Part shown: in pieces, positions 51,219 through 64,000 of the stretch | How the letters are laid out: each line of letters opens with the position of its first letter | How positions within the stretch are numbered: position 1 is the stretch's first letter | NCBI GenBank assembly: GCA_004431415.1 | Contig: QPMI01000409.1 | Location: forward strand, 1-64,000 | Source: Cyanophora paradoxa CCMP329 | Lineage: Eukaryota; Plantae; Glaucophyta | Reading direction: 5' to 3' | DNA: 64,000 nucleotides | The notes under the pieces: generated by a model | The model's database searches: none | Seen by the model: only the letters and a program-made list of their open reading frames with translations | What the model was told of the DNA's origin: nothing | Made by a program: the position numbers and the translations under genes

Positions 51219-52590
51219 ATGCTGTGCCGTGCGGGCGCCGGTCGGGCGGCGCACCTGCACCGCCTCGCCGCGCCCCAGCCGGGCTGCCTGCGGTCCCTCC
51301 GCGCCCTGAGCGCCGCCGCAGTGGGTACGTCGGCCGCGTTGCGTTGCGCGACCGTGCATGTGTTGATCCAGGCGCCGCGCCGCAGCGACGGCAACCAAGG
51401 CGGACGCGAAGCCGGCGACAACGCCGAAGCCGCACAATCCGACTGCCAAGTTCAACGAGGCCTGGCAGCACGCAAATCCCTGGAAGCTCAAGGCCGCCGT
51501 CATACTGCAGCGGAACCCGGTGATCATGCGGGACTTGCACGACTGGGAGCAGCAGTGGTGGGATTTGAAGCAGAAGATCGACTTCGAGGTGCGGCAACCG
51601 CGAGCGCACTCCGATCTTGTCTCAATCGCTCGCTCGCCGCGCAGCGCGCCCGGCATGTGCCTGCCGAGTGGTTCCACAAGACCTACGGTATGGGAGGCGA
51701 CGAAGGCGGGGCCGCAGCCGCCCCCGCAGCCGCAGAGAAGAAAAAGAAGAAAGAAGGCGGAGACGCGGCGGCGGCAGCAGGCGGGGCAGCGGCGGGTGGC
51801 CAGCCGGGCGACGCGGAAGCAGGACCGGCTGCCGCGGCGCCGGCAGCGCAGAAGCGCTTCCGGCTTAGCAACGAGGCAGCGCAAATGAAGGAAGAGGAAG
51901 AGGACGAGGAGAAGGATCGCGAGTCGATGCTGCTGCCCCGGTGTGCTCCGCAAGGCTGCGATGGCGAATGGCGGCACGGACTAAGGGCCACGCTCCGCAG
52001 GGTCACGGAGGCCGACCACAAGAACGATAGGAAATCCCTCAACCGCGCTCTTCAAAGGAGGCTGTACCTGATCATCAAGACGGAGAAGGCCCCGGATGGG
52101 CCCTACGAGTGGCATTTTCCCGAGTCCTACTGGAAGGACGGCGAGACCATGCGGCAAGTGCGTCGGTCTCGGATTGTTCCCTCCTGTCTTCTGTACGTTT
52201 CGAGGCTCATCCTCGCCTACGCGCGGCGCACAGGCGGCCGAGAGGACATCTGACCAGTGGTTCGGTACCGAGATCGACCGCTTCTTCATTAGCAACGCCC
52301 CGAGCGCCCATTTCAAGTACCCCTACGCGCAAGACCTCCAGAAGAAGCTTGACGCGTACGGCGCCAAGGTGCGGCCCCGCATTGTCGCGCCCCCCGGGGG
52401 GCTACCCCCCTCATCCTAATAACCCCACGTGCGCCCCGTAGGCCTTCTTCTACCACGCCCAGCTGCTGGACGGCGAGCCGGAGCTCCCCAAGGGCGTGAA
52501 GGATTATTTCTGGGTGACGCGCGACGAGCTCAGCGAGTACCTCCACCCAGACTACCTCAAGTTCGTCGCCGACGCCCTGCCGCCCCTGTA
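51219..52590 (+). CDS. MRPL46: Mitochondrial ribosomal protein mL46
   Basis: RVTEADHKNDRKSLNRALQRRLYLIIK, WHFPE, GETMRQAAER, NAPSAHFKYPY, AFFYHAQL, DYFWVTRDEL. Confidence 0.85.
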
Positions 52591-52986
52591 ACTTTCATCA
52601 TGGCATGGGCAATCCCCCTATCCAACTGTCAGCTGGCTGCTGGGGTCCTTGGGGGTGCACGTGCGCATGCGGGGAGGCCGCGAGCGGGTGTGATGTCGAG
52701 GAGCTAGCTAGCTATATATAGGCGGGAAGATGAGCTGCGCGCTCGCCGAGTCGCGATCGTCGCGGGCGCCCACTCAGTGACTGGCTCATTGGCCAGACAC
52801 TGCAGCTGTGTGACATGCCACAATGCACAGCCTGGCCCTGAGCTAGCGCTCGAGCTCGAGTTGGGCCCCGGGCCCGGCGGCCCGCAGAACTCATGATCAT
52901 GATCAGCGTTCACGGTTGAAAAGCATTGCCGCATCATGGCATCGGCAACAGCTCAGCGGCTTGCAATTGAGAGAACGCGACTGCAG

Positions 52987-55900
52987 CTATGTGAGGGCGG
53001 CGCTGGCGCCGAGGGGCTTGCGCGTGGAGGCCTTCGCCACCGACTTCTTCGACTTCTGCTTGATCGGCTCGATGATCGTGCCCGCCCTGCAGCCGACCCG
53101 GGTCGGACGCGGAAACTCGGCGGCTCGGGATCGAGGACGCACTGGGTGACGATCTTGGGGGCGACGAGGGAGCGGTGGGCGAGGGCCGGGGTCCAGTCCT
53201 TGCCGAGCGGGTTCCGCATGGCGCGCTCGTACTGCTCGCGGGTCTTGTACGGGTGGGGGACCTTGTCCAGCGCGAACTTGGCCGCCTTGGCGTCGTACTT
53301 CTCGTTCACGACGACGTGCTTCAGGCCAGCGTCCTTGCGCTCCGCCAGCGCCTTCGCCTGCGCCGCCGCGTGCTTCTTCGCCGCCTCCTGAGCGAACTTG
53401 GGCATCTTCGAGGGGCGCGCCCCGTCCCCGCCCCACGCCCCCTGCCGCCCCCCTCAGCCTCGGACAGACGGGAGAGCGCGAGGGCTGGGGGCGCGCACCC
53501 ATCCGGGGAGGACGACGACGTCGAGGGCCGGGAGCGAGTCGGCCACCTCCTTCGCCTTCTCCTCCTCGAATTCCTGCTGCTGCGGTCAGCTCCGGGCGGC
53601 CATTCCCTTCTGGAAAGCACAGAGCGGGGCGCGCCTTCTGGAGATCGGGCGCGGCGAAGGCGCGCTCGATGAGCTGCTGGTCCGCCGGCCTTGCGCTCAT
53701 CAGCGACCCGCCCGCTGTGGCCATGTGAGGGAAAGCAGGAGAAGAGCGAATTGCGGGGGGCGGCGGCCCGCACCCTCCGCGTCCTCGGGCAGAATCAGGT
53801 CCTCGGCGGTTAGACCCTCGCCCCCCGCCTTCTTCGCCTCCTTGCCCCGCTTCGCCGTACCGGCTGCCAAGGCGTCGATGAGAGGTTTTGCGTTGGTGAG
53901 CAGTCTTTAGAATTATCACCTTCGCTCCTCTTGAGCCACGGGTTGTCCCCAGCCTCCTCGTCGGGCTCTTGTGGGGCCGCGGCGCCCGCCGCCGCCCCGC
54001 CCTTGCCCTTGGCCGCCGGCTTAGCCGAGTGTGCACTGGACGACGTCCCCGCGGCCGGTGCTGGCGCTGCGAGGGTACTTTAGCAGGCGGAGGAGACCCA
54101 CGGGCATGCGAACGCCGCACGGGCGTGCCTGGCTGGTCGGAGGAGAAGGTCGGGCCCTTGAAGAGGGGCTCCTCGGCGGCCGCGCCCGCAGCCACCGCGC
54201 CGCTCGTCCGCGTCTTCCGGCCCCGCGACATGCCGACCTGCCGCCGCGGATTGGATTCGGAGTTGACGCGAGGCCGGGGGTACACGCACGCCGTCGACCT
54301 GCACGCTTCCGTCCGGCAACTCCATCTGCTCCCACGTCGAAAGCTTCTTCCCCTCCCCCGCCGCATCGCCCGCCGCGGTCGCCGCGCCCTTCTTCCCGCC
54401 CCTGCTCGCGCGGGCCGGGGCAGCCGCCTCCTCTCCCTCGCTGGCGGGCCGTCAGAAGAGGCGAGAGTGAGGGCGACCGAGGGTGAGGGCGCGCCCGTCG
54501 GACGAGGAGCCGGCGTCCGACTCCTGCTCGAAGACCTCGTCGACGGCCCGCGCCCGCTTCTTGGCCTGCTTCCCGTTCTCTCCGTCCGCCGCCGCCGCCG
54601 CCGCCGCGCCCGACACGCCCACGAGCCGCCGCCCGCCCGCCGCCGCCGCCGCCTTAGACTTCGACGAGGGGGCCGGCGCCGCGCGCTCGTCCTCGTCGCC
54701 CTCCGACGCACCGCCGCCCTCGGCCGCCTCCGCGCGCGCCGCCACGAGCTCCTGCTGTGCGTGAGAAGAAGAAGGATGGGCGACTCGGGAAGGCTCCGGG
54801 AGCGGGAGCACGCACGTCGAGGAGCTCCCTGGCCTCCTGCCGCTTCTTCTCGGCGGCCTTCTGCATGAACTTGAGCGCGAGAAGGCCCTTGCCCTGCTGC
54901 TGCTGCTTGCCCCCGGCCGCCTGCATCTCCTCCAGCTCCCGCCGCTCCGACTCGATCATCGCGTCGATCGCCTCCTCCTCGTCCTCGCTGCCGCCCGCCC
55001 CGCCCCCGCCCCCGCCCTCCGAGTCGCTCCCGCTGTCGGAGCCGACCCCCTCGGCCTTGCGCCGCAGGTCTTGCGACCGCTTCAGGTGCTCCGCGATCGC
55101 CTCCCGCGTCTGGCGCCGTTCGAAATCGCGCTCCGGTCAGCGCGCGTCTTCGAGCTCGCGTCAGCTTCGACGCTCGGACGCACGTCGAGGTCGTCGCGGT
55201 CGCCGTGCTCGAGCATGCGCCGCATCCACTTCGACTTGCTCCGGTGCTTCAGCGACATCCGCTCCTGCCGCCCCGAGACTGTGAGCTTCGCAGGCTCGCG
55301 GGCGGGGCCTCGCCGGCCGCGTGGCCCACCTTCGCACGCTCGCGGGCGGCCTTCATCTCGAGCTCCCGCGCCTGCTCCTCGTCCAGCGCGCCGCTGTCGG
55401 CCGCCTTGGCGAGCTCCCGCTCCCGCTCCTTCTTCGCAATCTTGTGGTACCTGCCGCCGACCCTGTTAGAGGGGGAGACAAAGGCCGCGCGGATGGCTCC
55501 CGGCCCGCCCCGCCCGGCCGCCCACGCCCACGCCCACGCACGTCTTCGATTTGATCTTCTTGATCCGCTTGCACTTGAGCTCGTGGTAGAAAAGCAGCGA
55601 GCGCATCTTGGCGAGCTCCGCCTGCCGGGCCTTGACCTGCACCCCCCGAAGAATAAGGCGTAGGCGGGGGCGCTCGCGAGGGGCGGCCGCGCGCCTCCTC
55701 GACGGTGAGCTTCTTCATCTCGAGCTCCTCGCCCTTGGCCGCCGAGTTCTCAGCCAGGCCGCTCTCCTCCAGCAGGCTGGCAACCTCCTTCTCCAGCCCC
55801 GTCGTCGTCTCGAACTTGCTCGTCAGCGCCGCGCTCGACAGGTTCTGCTTCGGCGGCGCGTTGAGCGGGAAGCGCAGCTGCTCCGCCTGCGCGAGTTGGA

Positions 55901-57143
55901 CGCGGTGTTAAAAAGCGTCGGCGAGGACCCAGAATGGCGGTGACCGGCTCCGGGGGAGACAGACCTCGCGGTTGCGCTTGACGACGGGGACCCATTTGGA
56001 GATCTCCTTCGCAGCTTCCCCGTAGGCCACCGAACGCCCCGCCCGCTCCTGCGCGGGCCCCTCCAGCGGCGCGGGCGCCGCCTGCGCCTTGCTCAGCTTC
56101 TCAAGCTGTTTCTTCAGGCCCCCATAGCCCGTCGTGTCCTTGAGGCCCCCCACAAGGTCACGCAGGCTGACGCCCGTCCCGCCTGCAGGACCTTCAGCGG
56201 CGAAAGTGAATCGGCCAGCCAGACCGCACCTTCCCCGCCGCTCCCAGCGTCCAGGTTCAGCTCGCTCTCCTCGATGTGCTCGTGCCGCTCGGGCTCCTTC
56301 TTGGACGCGTCCCGCCCGCGCTTCCGCTTGAGGCCGGCCGCCTCCAGCATCGCCTCGTGCAATTTATCGTCCCCATCTTCCTCGTCGTCGTCGATCTCCG
56401 GCTCCGAGTCCTCCTCCCCCTCGTCGCGCCGCGCCGCTTTCTTCCCTGCTGGCGGCCTGCTCTTCTCGGCGCCGCTCTTGGGAGGCTCGCTTGCTCCGAG
56501 GAGATCTGATAGATCCTGAAACTCTCCGCTTTCGTCGCTGTCGTCGCCCCCGTCCTCGTCTGCGTCCTCAGACTCGTCTTCGTCGCTCGCGGCGGCGCCC
56601 TTCTTAGGGGCGCCTTTCTTTGGGGCGCCACCCTTCGCTCCGCCCTGCACTCGCATTAAGCTGGGATGCTTGTGCGCACCGCAGTCGCATGCCACGCACC
56701 CGCGAAGCGAAAGACTCGAGCAGATCGCCGTACTTTTCCTCGTCCTCTGCGCGGCGATCAAGGCGGCGGCGGCGCGTGTGCGGGGGCGCGTACCCGAGTT
56801 AAACGCCTCGTCCTCGTCGATCTCCTCGTCGTCTGCACGCGCACGCGCGCGCGGCGGTCAGAGCTAGAGGCGCAAACGCGGCAGCAAGCGCACCGAAGTT
56901 TTCGGGGAGGCCGCTGTATTCGAAGCGCTCAACGTCGTCAAAGCGCATGGGGTTCTTCTCCTCCTCAGCGATTCCATCCTCCGCCTCGTACACGTCCAGT
57001 GCTTGCCGCTCGCCGCCCTGCTGCGATCGCGATCGCCGCTTGCCGCCCTGCTGCGGGCGCTGCCGCTTTGCTGGAGGCTCGGCCTTTCTCTTGCCTGCGG
57101 CCCCGCGGCCCCCGCGTGCCGGCTTTCGCGCTGCGCCCCGCAT
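52987..57143 (-). CDS. UTP14: U3 snoRNA-associated protein Utp14
   Basis: EISKWVPVVKRNRE, KKLTVEE|VKARQAELAKMRSLLFYHELKCKRIKKIKSK, MSLKH, LLALKFMQKA, QYERAMRNPLGKDWT, AGTIIEPI. Confidence 0.93.
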
Positions 57144-57413
57144 GTCTCGAACTGCCCTCGTCGGGTTCGAACGGCGGACTTTGCGATCGAAGGCAACCCC
57201 ACGAAAGCGCCCTAGCTGAAGCCGCAGGAGCGTCATCTACGCTAGCTAGAGCTATTGCCGTGCAGCCGATCGCAGCCGGTTTCTTCGCAACCTCGCAAGC
57301 CTAGCCGCGAAGTCCTCGCGCCCGCAGCGCTCAGCTTCGATCGCAGCCGGTCCGAGGCAACTGGCATCCGAGGCCGCGCGATCTCCCCCGCACTCCCCGG
57401 CCGCTGGGGCGCA

Positions 57414-57925
57414 TGCATACGAGCGCCAGCGCCGTGCACTCGACGGGCGCCGCAGAGCCAGTCGCGGCTGCGAGGTCCTTCCGCGCCTCCCCCACGCACA
57501 GCTATTTTGCATTCGAGATGTGCGCGCTTGATTGAATCGCGTGCGATTCACGCCGACCTGACTCCATGTCCCAGAGATTTCGCGCGTGTGCCGGACCACA
57601 TGGATGCCATAACGTGCAAGAACATCCTAAGCAACGCGTTCCGCGCGTCGTACGGGATTGCCGGCTCCTCATCTGGGTGTGATCTGCTCCGCTTTGACGC
57701 TGGAACGCGGCGCGGCATCGTCCGAGTCGCTCGGAGGTGCTTCGTAAAATTCGAGCAACTCGCGGAGCCATTCGCATTCTAAAAGAGAAACTTGCGCAGC
57801 GATGGATCAAGGCTCTGGGCTTCGCTGACGCTTGCTGGCCAGACAGATGGGAATGCGTTCGCCATCCGCGTTCTTGGGGCGTCCTCTCATTTGCAGTGCT
57901 TGGCGACGTTCTTTTAGCAGCTGCA
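57414..57925 (+). CDS. RNase P/MRP subunit, Rpp14/Pop8-like
   Basis: MDAITCKNILSNAFRASYGIAG..DLLRFDAGTRRGIVRV and AIRVLGASSHLQCLA fit the Rpp14/Pop5 fold pattern. Confidence 0.6.
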
Positions 57926-58263
57926 GCTGCAGTCATTTTGATGATCGAGTCGATATCGTTTCGATTGAAACGCTGTAAACGGATCCGGAGAGCTTGTAAC
58001 GAAAATGCTTCGGGCTTTGCAGGGCTAGCTATTTAGAGAATACACAATAAAGATGCTAAGCTGCCTACTCCAGCATCCTGCGGAGAGCCCGGACTTGCTA
58101 TTTAGTTCGTGTCTCCTATCTTGAATTAATGTCTAGTATCGAATGTCCGGCCAAGCGGGCCTCAAGCATAGGTGCACATGCTCGAAGCCACGTGCGTTTG
58201 CCCAATCGATCATTGGGTGTCGGAAAACGTCGTCGCAAGTGGTCACGGTCAAATGCATCGTCG

Positions 58264-58740
58264 CTAGCCCTGGTTCGCGTCGACAGCGCGCTCAGACGCT
58301 GCGAAAGACCGGTTGACGTGGATGCACACAGAAGACGCAAAGAAGAGCGCACTGTTGTAATTGAGCAGCTTATCGATGAGGTCCACATGTGTCAGGAGCA
58401 TTCTCCTGCAGCAATACCGCTTGAGCCCGAGCGCGTCGAGGGCGTCGCTGTGCCGGCGCTCGTCAGCCCTCAAAGAGATCCGAGCTAAGCGGAAGAGCTC
58501 ACCCCTCGGTGTAGTCCGCCTGCAGCAGCCCGAGGAAGGTGTCCCACTTGTTGCCGATCACCTGCACGGCGCTACTTCAGTGCACGCAACGCGCCTGCAA
58601 AGCGCATGCTCCTCATCTCCTCCGAGGAAGAGCTGGTTCGACAGCGCTCGCTCGCCCGCTAGCCCTCTCTTCCGTCCGCAAGCCAGCCGCATGCCCGCGC
58701 GGACCTTTCCGCAGGTGAAGCAACGAATTGGGATGATCAT
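58264..58740 (-). CDS. POLR2L: RNA polymerases I/II/III subunit RPB10
   Basis: [12 protein letters not shown]|VIGNKW...[31 protein letters not shown]. Confidence 0.97.
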
Positions 58741-58922
58741 CGTCCCGCGACGTGGCGTGGAGCCGCGACGCGTCCGACCTTTCTCGGCCTGTACCCGTCC
58801 GGGAGAAGAAAAGTCGCCGAATTCGCCACAGAACGCCAGCCAGCGCATACCACGCACCCTCGTAGAGCAAGTAGCTGTTTAAGCAGATTCGCCGTCGGCA
58901 GGAGGAGGCGCCAACCAGCGTG

Positions 58923-59869
58923 ATGCTGAAGGCGAAAGACGTCGCGCGGTCCTGGAAGATCTTCGTCGGCGACACCGTGCGCTCCGCTGCTAATGCGCAG
59001 CTCTTGATGTGCCGGACGCACGCTCGCTGAGCTGCGCCGCTTAGGTGCGCATCCGGACGGGCGTCGATGCTGGCAAAGTAGGCCGCGTCCAGCGCCTCGT
59101 GCGGGACGATAACAAGGTCGTGGTCGAGGGAGTCAACCTGGTGCGCCGCTCGCCTCAATTTCGCGGCGGGACAGCGGCCGATCCCCGCCGCAGATCTACC
59201 GCGACGCCATGACGGCGGATGGAAAGCCGATGGCTGTGCCGGTGCCGCAGCCCGTTCACTACTCCAATGTGGAGCTCTGGGATCTGTAAGCACGCGCTCT
59301 TCGGGGTCCGCACATTGCATCTGATGCGCTATGCGCAGAGTGAAGCAAAGGAGGATAAAATCGGCCCTGGTCAAGGACGAGAAGACCGGTAGGCTCAAAC
59401 GGATCAACAAGATCTCGGGCGAAGAGGTCCCGATGGATATCCCCCGGGGAGAAAAGCTCGAAAGTCCGTTGGTGTCTTCATCTTTGCAAATCCCCCGCTC
59501 ACAACTTCACGCAGAGGGCCCGAAGGACACGGAGCCAGCAAAAGTTGCAGAAATTACCTATGATCCCACAGCAGAAGCGGTCTTCCATCCTGCAGTACCA
59601 AGAGTTCTGCCCCCTGCCCTTAGAGTCTTCCAGCCACGCACAAAATGAGTTAGCGCCGAGAGCCAATAATCATGATTATCGACTTTGTATTCGGGTGGGT
59701 TCGAGAATCTGGAAACAAACTTCATCGCGATCGCAACGGATCGGAAGCTTACGAGTTCGAAATTCAGCCTGGGCCTGCACCTGTAGCCAGTGTCCGCTGG
59801 GAGGCGCATTACTCCCCTCGGAGGGCCACTCATGATCTGGGCTCGGGCAGGCCAGCGCCAGCTTGCTAA
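58923..59869 (+). CDS. MRPL24: Mitochondrial ribosomal protein uL24m
   Basis: WKIFVGDT, DAGKVGRV, NKVVVEGVNL, VHYSNVEL, GPKDT (KOW-containing L24). Confidence 0.8.
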
Positions 59870-59939
59870 TGGGCTGTGCTTGCGGCGAGTTGCAATATTA
59901 ATTTAGTTTGTGTCCACATGCTACACGATCTTACGACAA

Positions 59940-60831
59940 CTAAGTGATCCTTGTCTTTCGAGCGGGGGTTTTTGAGCTGGTGCTCGCCGACTTCCGCTTC
60001 TGCTTCGCCGAGGAAACTGGTGCTGCTGGCCACGGACTCTTCGGTTTCAACCCTTCCACCTGGGCGACCCGCGGGAGGCCCTTGGGCACGGTCACATCAT
60101 CCGCATCTTCATTTCCGATCACCTCGTAGACATCTGTGCACCAATTCAGGGCCTCCCATGTAAGCGCAAGCGCTCGTACCGATTAGGCCTGCAAGCGGGT
60201 CTTGCAGCGAATAAGCGGCCTCCCCGTTCTCGGCGCGTTTGCCCGTGAACGTTATGAAGGAAGAGCATGCGTCGGGGCCCAGTACAGCGACGTGGAACTG
60301 CGGCTGGGTTGAGCGCGCGCGATTAAGTAGCAAAGCGCGTACGCAGCGCACCGTTCGCGAGCCCACGCTGATCGTGGGCTGAGGCCCAGGACCGGAGAGA
60401 TCGATCTTCAGCGCCTCGATTGCCGACGGAGGAACCTGCGAAGTCGTGGTGGTCGGCTGCGGTCGAGCTCGACCCGCCGGGCGCTCGGCGTGCTGGCGCG
60501 CACACCTCGGGCGGCGCGCGGATGAGGTAGCGAGCCCGGCCCATGCAGATAAGCGGCAAGGCGGTGGTGGGCGGAGTGATCGGGCGGTGACCGTGGTGGT
60601 CAGACCGCGGTGAGAGAGAGCAGCCAATGAGATATCCCAGGACTCCAATCCAAATCGTGGTTGTGAGCTCCAAGCCGGTGGACCGGTGGTAACCGGGCTG
60701 TAACCCGGTTGTTCCGTTGGAGGGTACACTACTTTCTTCCCAATTTGAGCCGGCGGCAGCCGACGCACTAGTTACGGTTGCAGGGGCTTCAGCGCGCGGC
60801 CGCGTGAAGCGATCTTCAGCCTTTTCTGCAT
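59940..60831 (-). CDS. Hypothetical multi-exon protein
   Basis: Exon-like pieces LKIDLSGPGPQPTISVGS and FITFTGKR with a Lys-rich tail; family not recognised. Confidence 0.4.
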
Positions 60832-60916
60832 CCGCACCGACGGGAGCAGCAGCCGAATTGGAAACCGCGTGGGCAGCGGACTTCTGAGAGAGCAGGCAGA
60901 GCGAGCTCCTTAAAAC

Positions 60917-62862
60917 ATGACGACAAGGACGAGGATCGCCTCAGACCATCACATCATGGAGAGGCGGCGGCAGGAGTCGCAGCGCGAGTGCGTACAACTT
61001 TTAGAGGTCGCCGCCGCGCGTCGCTCACTTTTATGCTGCACAGCTACTACATCAACCATGCCAAGGCCGTGTTTGACCTCTCCACCCGAGCGGAGTGGGA
61101 GGCGAAATCGGAACACGTTGCTATTGCGGGCGAGGTTCAGAAACGCCTCGAGCAGCTCCGTTTCGAGCGGCAAGTCGGTCTAGATGAGCGCCGGCGCAGG
61201 TGCGAGCCCGCCAGCGCCCAGGCAGCCCTCATAGCTAAAATGCCCCAATGCCAGGCTCGCGGAGCTGCTTGCCCAGGAGGAGGCGGAGTACCGCGGAGAG
61301 ATCAACGCGAGCGTGGAGACGACTGAGCAGCGTCGCGAAAGAAGTGATTGCCTCCCCGCACGGCAGCTGTGGCCCACAAGCTAACCGAGCGCAAGTGCGC
61401 ACGCGTGCCCTGGAGCTCCGTGAGAAGCGCGAGCAGGAACGTCGAGCCTTTGTCGAAGAGAAGTGTGCCGCTTTCTCCCTTCGCTTGTGCGCCCTCTGAC
61501 TGGTCCTAGGCTGCACCAGCAGTGGCGCGAATCGTGCGATGTTCTTCGGCCGTACGAGAGCAACCAGTTCCTTCTGCAGTGCGTTGCAGAGCGAGATATG
61601 CAGCTCATCGACAAGATCCTCCGTAACAAAGTTGTCGAAGAAGGTCCAGTTCCATGTCTTGTTGCGTTCCGCTTGATTCTGATATGCTTGCCGCAGAAAA
61701 CAAGTACTTCACACAACAGTGGGAGCAGGAGCGCCTCAAGAAGGAGGCACGGGCCAAGAAGGACGAGGACCGTGTCAAGGCGCTTAACGAAGAGATGAAG
61801 CGCATGCTGGAGACCCAACTTGACGAGCTGAACATGCGTCGGGCGGAGGAGAAGCGCCTTCGCGAGGAGGATGCGGCCCTGCAGAAGGAGAAATGGGCGC
61901 TCGAGCAGGAGGCTGCAGAGCGGCGAGATATGCAGGAGCTTGCCGCCCGCAAGCAGCGGGCGCACAACCTGCAGGCTTTTAATCTGGAGTACCGGAAGCG
62001 GCGTTTTGAAGAGAAGCGAAAGGAGCGTGAACAGGATCTTGGTCAGCTTTTGTGCATCTGGTTTTATAATATTCACCGCTTTGATGAATGCTGCAGCCCT
62101 CATCAATGCTGTTCTGGAGCGTGAAAAGCTGGAGGAGGGCCGAGAAATGGAGAAGAAGGTGCGCCTGCTTTTCAAAATGAAGCCTTTCTACTCATCTCAT
62201 GTTTCATGCAGAGGCAACTCAGAGAAGAGGCAATCGCCTTCCGGAAGTATCTCGAACAGCAGATGAAGCTGGAGGTTGAAGGCGAGGCGGAAATGAACCG
62301 CCTTCTCCAGCTCGAGCAAGAGAAGGCCTGGCAGGTCGGCTCTAATGACTCACTGTCGCAAGGTGTACACATGTCTAAAATGGGGAGTAATTCGCAACAG
62401 AAACGCCAAGCAGAGTGGGCTAAGGAAGAGGAGATGCGGAATCGCTTGATGCGGGAGGTTCTGGAGGAGCGCAAGCGGCAAATCGAGGAGAGGCGGGAGC
62501 AGATTCGCCGTCGGCAGGAGGAGGCAGTACTTGAACGCCAGCTGCTAGAGGCTGAGGTCCAGCGGCTCTCGGCAGTGGAAGCTAGCAAGGAGGTCTTCGC
62601 TAAACAGGGCCGGCTGGACAACCAGGCATTCATCGTTCAGCAGGTTCGATGCTTCATGCAGTTCCTGGGTCACCAAAATGCTAATTCATGTTCACTGCAG
62701 ATTAAGGAACACGAGGATGAAAGGGCACGTCGCCGTGAGGAGGAATCCAGGGCAACTGAAGCAGTTGCCGCTGCTGAAGCTGCCTACCAAGCGAAGCTTG
62801 CATTGGAGCTTCAGCGTGGTGCTCAGATGATTAGCTATGGCCGCCGGGCAACCCGCAGGTGA
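60917..62862 (+). CDS. CFAP53: Cilia/flagella coiled-coil protein, CFAP53-like (trichoplein family)
   Basis: LDERRR, LELREKREQERRAFVEEK|LHQQWRESCDVLR, E/R/K-rich coiled coil. Confidence 0.7.
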
Positions 62863-62897
62863 TCCTGAGGCATTGTTCACACATGCTATGATCTAGT

Positions 62898-63238
62898 GCT
62901 CTTTCTACGCTACGGGCGCGGCCGGACCTCCTACCTCAGCGCTTTAACTGTACCCGTGCTGTTTGGGTGAGAGCGTAACCCGCAGGGACTGGTGCCCTGA
63001 TGGAGAAAAGGGGATCGGAGCCTAGCGCTAGCTGGCTACGAACCGAGCAGGCGCTTCGCATCCACGCCTGTGCCGTAGCGGATGAAGATGCTCCTGCGAG
63101 TACGATTACGATTGCGATCGGGCGGCGCTGGGAGGGGCGAGCCGGCCCTAGGCCTAGACGGAAAATTATGCCGTGGCTAGGCCGTGTCGGGACTAGGCGG
63201 GGGGAGCAGCGATTGTGTATAGGCGTGTATAGACACAA
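62898..63238 (-). mobile_element. Fanzor-end element, copy 6 (~341 bp)
   Basis: Same terminus, near-identical to copy 3; 35 bp after the CFAP53 stop. Confidence 0.88.
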
Positions 63239-63316
63239 GTGCTTGATGATCTAGTGCTTGAACCTGGTCCAGAACGTCTAGCTGGCTGGTCCACAACTCA
63301 AGTTGGGGTCTGCTGC

Positions 63317-63334
63317 TTAGGGTTAGGGTTAGGG
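63317..63334 (+). repeat. Interstitial (TTAGGG)3
   Basis: ttagggttagggttaggg seen directly, followed by G-run repeats to ~63508. Confidence 0.7.
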
Positions 63335-63607
63335 TACACACAGATGGACACCTCATTTCTATCTCTAGCCATTTGTCTCGGTGTGTGCGAATTCATTATC
63401 TTCAAGTTGGGGTCTGCTGCTGGCCCAGTGCTGTGGGGGGCGGGGGGCGGGGGGGGGGGGGGGGGGGGGGGGTGTCTGCTGCTGGCCCAGTGCTGGGGGG
63501 GGGGGGGAAGAAGTTGCTCAACCAGAGCGAGTTCGCGCGCGCGAGAGTAGCTATAGCTAGTAGCTATAGGCAATCTCCGATAGCTCGTACCAATCTCCCT
63601 CCTATAC

Positions 63608-63720
63608 TTGGATACGTCGATTTTGCACTTCGAGAAACATACACCAACACTTGGATACGCAACACCAACACTTGGATACGCAACACTTGTACGCGCTTGG
63701 ATACGCATTACTTGTACGCG
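63608..63720. repeat. cttggatacgcaacaccaaca-type short tandem repeat upstream of RBBP5
   Basis: cttggatacg occurs 4 times. Confidence 0.75.
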
Positions 63721-63760
63721 TTGGCGGAGGCGGCTCTGCGACGCGAAGGCTGGGAGGAAG

Positions 63761-64000
63761 ATGAACCTCGAGCTGCTGAGTGCGCGTTCCCGCCTTAGTG
63801 CGGCGAGACGTGAGCGCGCCCCGACGCGAGCGCGCATTCGCAGACCCATTCGATAGCGCGTACGATTTCCCCGAGGCGCGCAGTTCCAGCGTGCTTCCCG
63901 CAAGCGGCTCTGACCATGCGCAGATCATCGAAGAGTGCCTTGAAAACGGCTTTGCAACTACCTGCGCTTTCAACCGCAAGGGCACTTTGCTTGCTGTAGG
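63761..64000 (+). CDS. RBBP5: RBBP5/Swd1 WD40 COMPASS subunit (5' part)
   Basis: MNLELL..PF...DFPE|IIEECLENGFATTCAFNRKGTLLAVG. Confidence 0.85.

Noticed and set aside
51026-51219. Tight head-to-head gene pairs (ChlH/mL46, MMSDH/sortilin, ThyX/S4, RPB10/uL24m) as a functional cluster
   Set aside because: Functions are unrelated; this is expected in a compact genome.

Overview
Gene-dense, intron-rich (mostly 50-75 nt introns), GC-rich nuclear DNA of a flagellated photosynthetic eukaryote. A glaucophyte such as Cyanophora is my inference, based on nuclear ChlH and SmpB with transit-peptide-like extensions plus ciliary genes. About 25 spliced genes are recognisable: NPL4-like, MMSDH, sortilin/Vps10, COG2, NUFIP1, an AVT1-type transporter, RPC2, SmpB, DYNC2LI1, QTRT1, CEP41, PRP18, a tandem-domain ThyX, an S4-domain protein, ChlH, mL46, UTP14, Rpp14/Pop8-like, RPB10, uL24m, CFAP53 and RBBP5. 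Many have apparent indels that are probably assembly errors, and gene boundaries are approximate. The most striking non-genic signal is a dispersed element present 7 times in 64 kb. Its longest copy encodes the C-terminal zinc ribbon and RuvC-III motif of a TnpB/Fanzor nuclease. All copies keep the same structured ~95-nt end (...GTAGAAAGAGC) but are truncated to different lengths at the other end. Five copies sit about 27-171 bp behind host stop codons, oriented so that a putative omegaRNA would read into the host 3' end. Intergenic DNA also holds nested Harbinger-like MITEs, a 24-bp minisatellite, and microhomology-joined patchworks of gene fragments copied from up to 31 kb away.
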